Source: a virus | Lineage: Duplodnaviria; Heunggongvirae; Uroviricota; Caudoviricetes | Length of the DNA stretch: 18,998 nt | Strand: one strand, 5' to 3' | Virus record (IMG/VR): IMGVR_UViG_3300037882_002350 | Location: 1 to 18,998 of that record | Made by a program: the position numbers and the translations under genes | Notes under the pieces: generated by a model | Seen by the model: the letters and a program-made list of their open reading frames with translations, nothing else | Database searches by the model: none | Told to the model about the DNA's origin: nothing | Shown: piece by piece, positions 14,672 to 18,998 of the stretch | Layout: each line of letters begins with the position of its first letter | Position numbering within the stretch: position 1 is the stretch's first letter

Positions 14672-17600
14672 TTATAGTTTACTCACATTAGGTCTGGTGT
14701 ATACATTAGTATCCACGGATTCTAAGAAGGTTTGCCCATTAGCATTAGCAGCTTCCCTCAACATTGAAATAATATTTCCTTTCTGTTGCTCCAATATCTC
14801 TGCTACGCCCTTAGAATCTAACGCATGGATATTGAATGTTGCATCTATAGCTCTGCTTCCGCCACTATTATCGTTAGCAGGTCTAACAGTAATAGGAGTC
14901 TCTGGTGTTATTGTCTCTGGACCTTTTTCACCAACTACATAAGCCGATGAGCCATAACCTCTAGGTAAATCACCACCGTAAGCCGAACCTATAACTTGGT
15001 AGTTGGACGAGTTAGTTCCCAGGCCTCTAGAACCTCTTAGATAGCCTATTTCTCCACCCACGTTAGTATTTTGTCTAGCTAGATCAACAGTGTCGCCTCT
15101 TTTACCTATATTAAGGGACGGAGAGGCAGCGCCAGCTCCAGCATTTGAAGAGTTTGCGCTTTGGTATTGAGTACCTGCAATAATAGCAAGTTGTGCTGCT
15201 CCCATTGCGCCGATTATACCAGCAAGTATAATACCTGGAGGACCTGGAAGGGAGCCTAGGGCTCCTGCGATACCTGCAGCAGTACCTATAACAGCTTGCG
15301 CCATCATTAGCTTTTTATTTGTATTAAACTGCTTGCGAGCTATGTCGTCTTTCTTCTTTTCTAGTGCGGCTATTTTTGCTACGCTCTCTGCACTTTTACC
15401 ATCTCTCTTCTGCTCAGCATCTATCTCGCGTTGAACCGCATCTTCTTTTGCTTGCGCCGAAGCTGCTAGAGCTGATTGAACCATACTTAGTGCCGAAGAA
15501 ACAACAGCGGCTACACTTACGAATTTATCTTCCAGTGAAGAACCCTTATCATTAAATACTTCAAAAGCTTTTATGCCTGTTTCAACAATATTTATCATAC
15601 CAGAAGAAATAGCTAAAACTATTTCTCCTTCAGGTCCTAGCTGACTAAGGCTTTCTTTTATTTCTGATACATAACCAGTAAAGTAGTCTAGAGTTTCCCC
15701 TAACGTTGCTTTTTGTTTTGCTGCTTCAGTACTAATTACTGTTGTATCACTTATAACATTTTCTGCAGCTTTTGATCCCTCTACAATTATTCCTTCTTTG
15801 GTATTATCATTAGCCGCATAAGATATACCTTTAGTGCCTGAAACTGTTACAGCTTCCAAAGCCTTTTTCGCTGCTAGTACCACGCTAATAGATTCGTTAC
15901 TAGCGGCTATGGAAGCTTCTTCAGCTAGTTTCACCGAAGCATCAGTTGCTTCAATAGATTCTAGAGCTGCTTTCGAAGAGCTTCCACCAAATAGATTCAT
16001 TAGTTCATTTCTGAACATATCTCTATTTACATGCCCTTCAGCAAATTCAGGATCGGTAAAGCGCCACTTAACAAACCGCGTCCCTAGTTGTTTTGCTGCT
16101 TTGTCGAAATCAACGGTACTCTTAGTTAGCGAAACAAATAGTTGTGGAACCATTTGTTTCATTTCATTAGCTAAAAATACAGCCTGACTATCTAAACTAG
16201 CTTGAGATTTTTTAAAAGAACCATTAGGATTTGTTAAGCCCTTCATATTTTTACGTAAGCTATCGCCACGATTACCTTGCCAACTGATTAATCCGGCATT
16301 GTGAGCCTTATTATAAGGATCACTATGACTTCCGAATATTAATTCGGGTCTAAAGCTATTTTCTCTACCAATTTCAGCACCTATAGCTATAGCTCCTTGT
16401 AGGGAAAATCCAGCTTTAACAAGTGCAGCTAAAGTTCCTTCCATCAACTTTTGCTTAGATCCACCAGAGCTAAAACTACCTAAAGATTTAATAGACCCAC
16501 CACTTAAATTAAGGACATCACTTTTTAGATCTGTTTTTGAGCTTCCAATTATTTTCTCTATAGTATTAATCCAGTCACCTATTTTGCTAACTAGGAGATT
16601 ATTGGAGCTTATTATTGGATCTGCTGCTGCTTCAAGGTCTTTCTTTTCAGCCATAGTTTCCGGTTTTACTATAACTTCAAATTTTCTGCTTGTAGCTTCT
16701 TTAAGTGTTTTTTCCGCCTCCAATTTAGCGTCTCTACGTTCATTGATACCCTTGCTTAAGGACGTAATTTCAGAGAAAATACCTCCTTGAACTACACTTC
16801 TAGTTAATGCTGTCTCTAGATTTAATTGAGCGCTCTCAACCTGCTTATCTAGAAGAGTCTTAGCATTATCAGCTACTACACTGAAATCTACATTTTCTAT
16901 TCTTCCTAGTACCGCTTCTATCTGCGCTAGACGAACGGCATTTTCTGGTTTAGAAGCATCTAAACCACTTTTGCGAAATCGTAATTCTGAAATTAATTGC
17001 TCTTTTTGAGCATCTAGTAAGGCAAACTCTAAATCAATTAAACCTCTCTTAACACTCACTTCATCTAAAGCCAACTTGTAAGCTTGATTAGCTGCACGTA
17101 TCTCCAAGGCTTGTTGCCCCGTTTGACCGATTTCAATACCTGATTTTTTATATGCAAGTTTAGTACGAGCTTCTACTATTTTTTGGGTTTCATCGTTTAA
17201 CGATTTAGTAGCGTCAAGTTCTTTTTGCATCCAGTCAAAAGATGTTTTTTGCCATTCAACCCCTTCTTTAGTAGTATCAAAATAAATCTTTTGAGCAAGA
17301 GCAAGTGCTTCTTGAGCATTAATCTGCCCAAGAGTTATATAAAGTCCTTGTTCTTGCAGTGTAATCTGTGTTCTAATATTCTTTGTTAGAATAATAGCTG
17401 CTTCTTTCTCTTCTTTAGATAAATTAGCTCTCTTACCTGCTTCAATAGCAACTCGCAAGTCATCCTTTAAGCTAGCTATTTGTTTTTTGGCTCCTATTTC
17501 TGCCGTGTCTCTTTGAACATTAAAAGATTTCTTTAACGTATTTACTTGACTTTCTAATGAATCAGTAGTACCTTTAACAATTTGATTAATGCTATCATAA

Positions 17601-18998
17601 ACCTCTAAAGTACTTAGGACAGTTTTTCTCTGTTCTTCTAAAGAAGTTAGAGCTGTTCTCTGAAATTCATTATCTGCTTGACGAATTAAAGCTAATTTTT
17701 GTCCAGCTGTTAAATTTTGTTCATTTAAAACAGCAATTTGATTTTTTAAATTAACAATATTTGCCTGAGCATCTCTAATAACGTTTTCGGTTGTTTCAAT
17801 GTCTTTTAAACGTGCTAATCTGTCTGCATCTATCTTTTCAGCTGACTTACTTAGTAGATTATAAGAATCTACTAAATTAGCTACATTCTTAGCGGTTTCT
17901 GTAGTTGGATCAGATACAGAACTTAAGTAATTTTGCTTAGTTAAGATACCTTGCTCTAGTCTAGCGAAATCATCAAATCCGCCTGTAGTGAGTTTTTCTA
18001 ATAAAACCGCTCTATTTAATTCGTTTTGAATAGACAGTAACTCTTCTTTTTTCTGAAGTTCTAAGTCAGCTGTTTTTAAACCTTCTAAGCGAATTTCTGC
18101 CTGAGCAATCATAGCCTGTTGAATATTTAATTCAGTCTGTAATTGGGTTGCTTGAATAGCACGTACTTTCTCTTCCTGAACTATTTTTGCACGCAAACCA
18201 GCACCCGCAGCCGCATAAAGAGCTCCGTTTGCTTGTATATGTGCATTTAGTAAATCAAGCTGCGATTTAGATGTTCTTTCTTGCATCTGTGCTTGCAAAA
18301 ATAGCTTACGTGTTTCGCCTATTTCTGTTTTTACACGATTTATTACTTCATCTTTATTTTTTAGGAAGCCTTCTGCATTAGATAAAACTATAGCTTGTTC
18401 TAATCTTAATTTACCGGTTTCATTTTTTTGTTTCTGTAATGTTTGTACAGTAGCTTCTTGAACTTTAAGATTCTCTAAAGCTTTCGCAGTATCTGGTGTT
18501 AATAGATTTAAAGACTGTGTGCCTAATTTAGTGAACAGATTCTTAATTTCAGCAGAATTACCCGCTCGTTTACCAGCTATTTCTAGTTGTGTTATGGCTG
18601 TACTTACTGAATTTAGATTTTTAACCATGTCATCGTACTTAGTTTTAGGTACGCTAGATATAACAAATGCCGCTGTTGCATCTTCAAGGCCTTTAAAAGC
18701 TTCTTCTAATTCTTTAACTTCTTGCGCTATGGATCCAAATCTATCTACAAGTTCTTTATTGATCTTATCAATAACTCGTAGTTGTCCGGCAATAGGTAGT
18801 TTAGAAAACTTCTCCCAGCCACCATTTAAATCTATAAGAGCATTTACAACTTCCGGAGCATCCTTAGCAAAGTTATTAAGAGCAACTGCTGCTCCCTTTA
18901 ATTGCATATAGTCTTCATTTTTACTTAGACCACCCAAGAAACCCTGGCTTTTTGCAAGATTTTCTCTTACAGACGCGAGTACTTTTGAACTTTTTTCA
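14672..18998 (-). CDS. Tape measure protein, T5 pb2-like (5' end outside the window)
   Basis: The frame stays open to the window edge (EKSSKVLASVRENLAKSQGFLGG...), so the listed TTG start at 18937 is not the true start. It is a long coiled-coil protein with the pb2-like blocks AEQKRDGKS, hydrophobic TM region, GEIGYLRG.RG.G and VGEKGPE.ITP. Confidence 0.92.
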   Translation of the reverse strand, partial: EKSSKVLASVRENLAKSQGFLGGLSKNEDYMQLKGAAVALNNFAKDAPEVVNALIDLNGGWEKFSKLPIAGQLRVIDKINKELVDRFGSIAQEVKELEEAFKGLEDATAAFVISSVPKTKYDDMVKNLNSVSTAITQLEIAGKRAGNSAEIKNLFTKLGTQSLNLLTPDTAKALENLKVQEATVQTLQKQKNETGKLRLEQAIVLSNAEGFLKNKDEVINRVKTEIGETRKLFLQAQMQERTSKSQLDLLNAHIQANGALYAAAGAGLRAKIVQEEKVRAIQATQLQTELNIQQAMIAQAEIRLEGLKTADLELQKKEELLSIQNELNRAVLLEKLTTGGFDDFARLEQGILTKQNYLSSVSDPTTETAKNVANLVDSYNLLSKSAEKIDADRLARLKDIETTENVIRDAQANIVNLKNQIAVLNEQNLTAGQKLALIRQADNEFQRTALTSLEEQRKTVLSTLEVYDSINQIVKGTTDSLESQVNTLKKSFNVQRDTAEIGAKKQIASLKDDLRVAIEAGKRANLSKEEKEAAIILTKNIRTQITLQEQGLYITLGQINAQEALALAQKIYFDTTKEGVEWQKTSFDWMQKELDATKSLNDETQKIVEARTKLAYKKSGIEIGQTGQQALEIRAANQAYKLALDEVSVKRGLIDLEFALLDAQKEQLISELRFRKSGLDASKPENAVRLAQIEAVLGRIENVDFSVVADNAKTLLDKQVESAQLNLETALTRSVVQGGIFSEITSLSKGINERRDAKLEAEKTLKEATSRKFEVIVKPETMAEKKDLEAAADPIISSNNLLVSKIGDWINTIEKIIGSSKTDLKSDVLNLSGGSIKSLGSFSSGGSKQKLMEGTLAALVKAGFSLQGAIAIGAEIGRENSFRPELIFGSHSDPYNKAHNAGLISWQGNRGDSLRKNMKGLTNPNGSFKKSQASLDSQAVFLANEMKQMVPQLFVSLTKSTVDFDKAAKQLGTRFVKWRFTDPEFAEGHVNRDMFRNELMNLFGGSSSKAALESIEATDASVKLAEEASIAASNESISVVLAAKKALEAVTVSGTKGISYAANDNTKEGIIVEGSKAAENVISDTTVISTEAAKQKATLGETLDYFTGYVSEIKESLSQLGPEGEIVLAISSGMINIVETGIKAFEVFNDKGSSLEDKFVSVAAVVSSALSMVQSALAASAQAKEDAVQREIDAEQKRDGKSAESVAKIAALEKKKDDIARKQFNTNKKLMMAQAVIGTAAGIAGALGSLPGPPGIILAGIIGAMGAAQLAIIAGTQYQSANSSNAGAGAASPSLNIGKRGDTVDLARQNTNVGGEIGYLRGSRGLGTNSSNYQVIGSAYGGDLPRGYGSSAYVVGEKGPETITPETPITVRPANDNSGGSRAIDATFNIHALDSKGVAEILEQQKGNIISMLREAANANGQTFLESVDTNVYTRPNVSKL
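15985..16445 (-). other. Phage tail lysozyme-like (Phage_lysozyme2-type) domain inside the tape measure protein
   Basis: GFSLQGAIAIGAEIGRENSF (putative catalytic Glu), AGLISWQGNRGDSL and SLDSQAVFLANEM follow the A..G..G....E[S/N]...G..QW...R...L...Q..F...E pattern. The segment is flanked by Ser/Gly/Ala-rich linkers. Confidence 0.7.

Noticed and set aside
10295-18911. + strand ORFs opposite hub, Dit and tape measure (e.g. 15834..16187, 18519..18911)
   Set aside because: They are antisense shadows of long genes with no independent expression signals seen.
1-18998. Stop-codon reassignment, restriction-site avoidance, CRISPR array, tRNA, DGR, intron or intein
   Set aside because: Genes read intact in the standard code with TAA, TAG and TGA all used as stops. 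GATC, GANTC and GAATTC sites are present. I saw no repeat-spacer array, cloverleaf, reverse transcriptase or interrupted gene by eye, though no tools were run.

Overview
This window is a fragment of a lytic, AT-rich tailed-phage genome with a T5-like (Demerecviridae-related) long non-contractile tail. On the + strand are the end of an upstream gene and a monomeric class II (adenosylcobalamin-dependent) ribonucleotide reductase. These meet the late genes at a perfect 40-bp palindromic bidirectional terminator. The - strand carries, in reading order: tape measure protein (pb2-like, start outside the window, with an inserted tail-lysozyme domain), distal tail protein (pb9-like), a pb3-like baseplate hub enlarged by several insertions, a 1377-aa modular fibre with a lambda-J-like C-terminus, and two T1/phi80-type fibre-tip genes. 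A lysis cassette follows (90-aa unknown, 4-TM protein, 1-TM protein, GH19 endolysin; no recognisable spanin). The most unusual element is a single inverted gene between the tail-tip genes and the lysis cassette. It has its own near-consensus sigma70 promoter overlapped by a perfect 23-bp palindrome and encodes a small secreted HExxHxxxGxxH protein. It sits where other siphophages keep receptor-blocking superinfection-exclusion lipoproteins. All comparisons to T5, T1 and lambda proteins are from recalled sequences and need confirming by alignment. The host is not determinable; an alphaproteobacterium is a weak guess.
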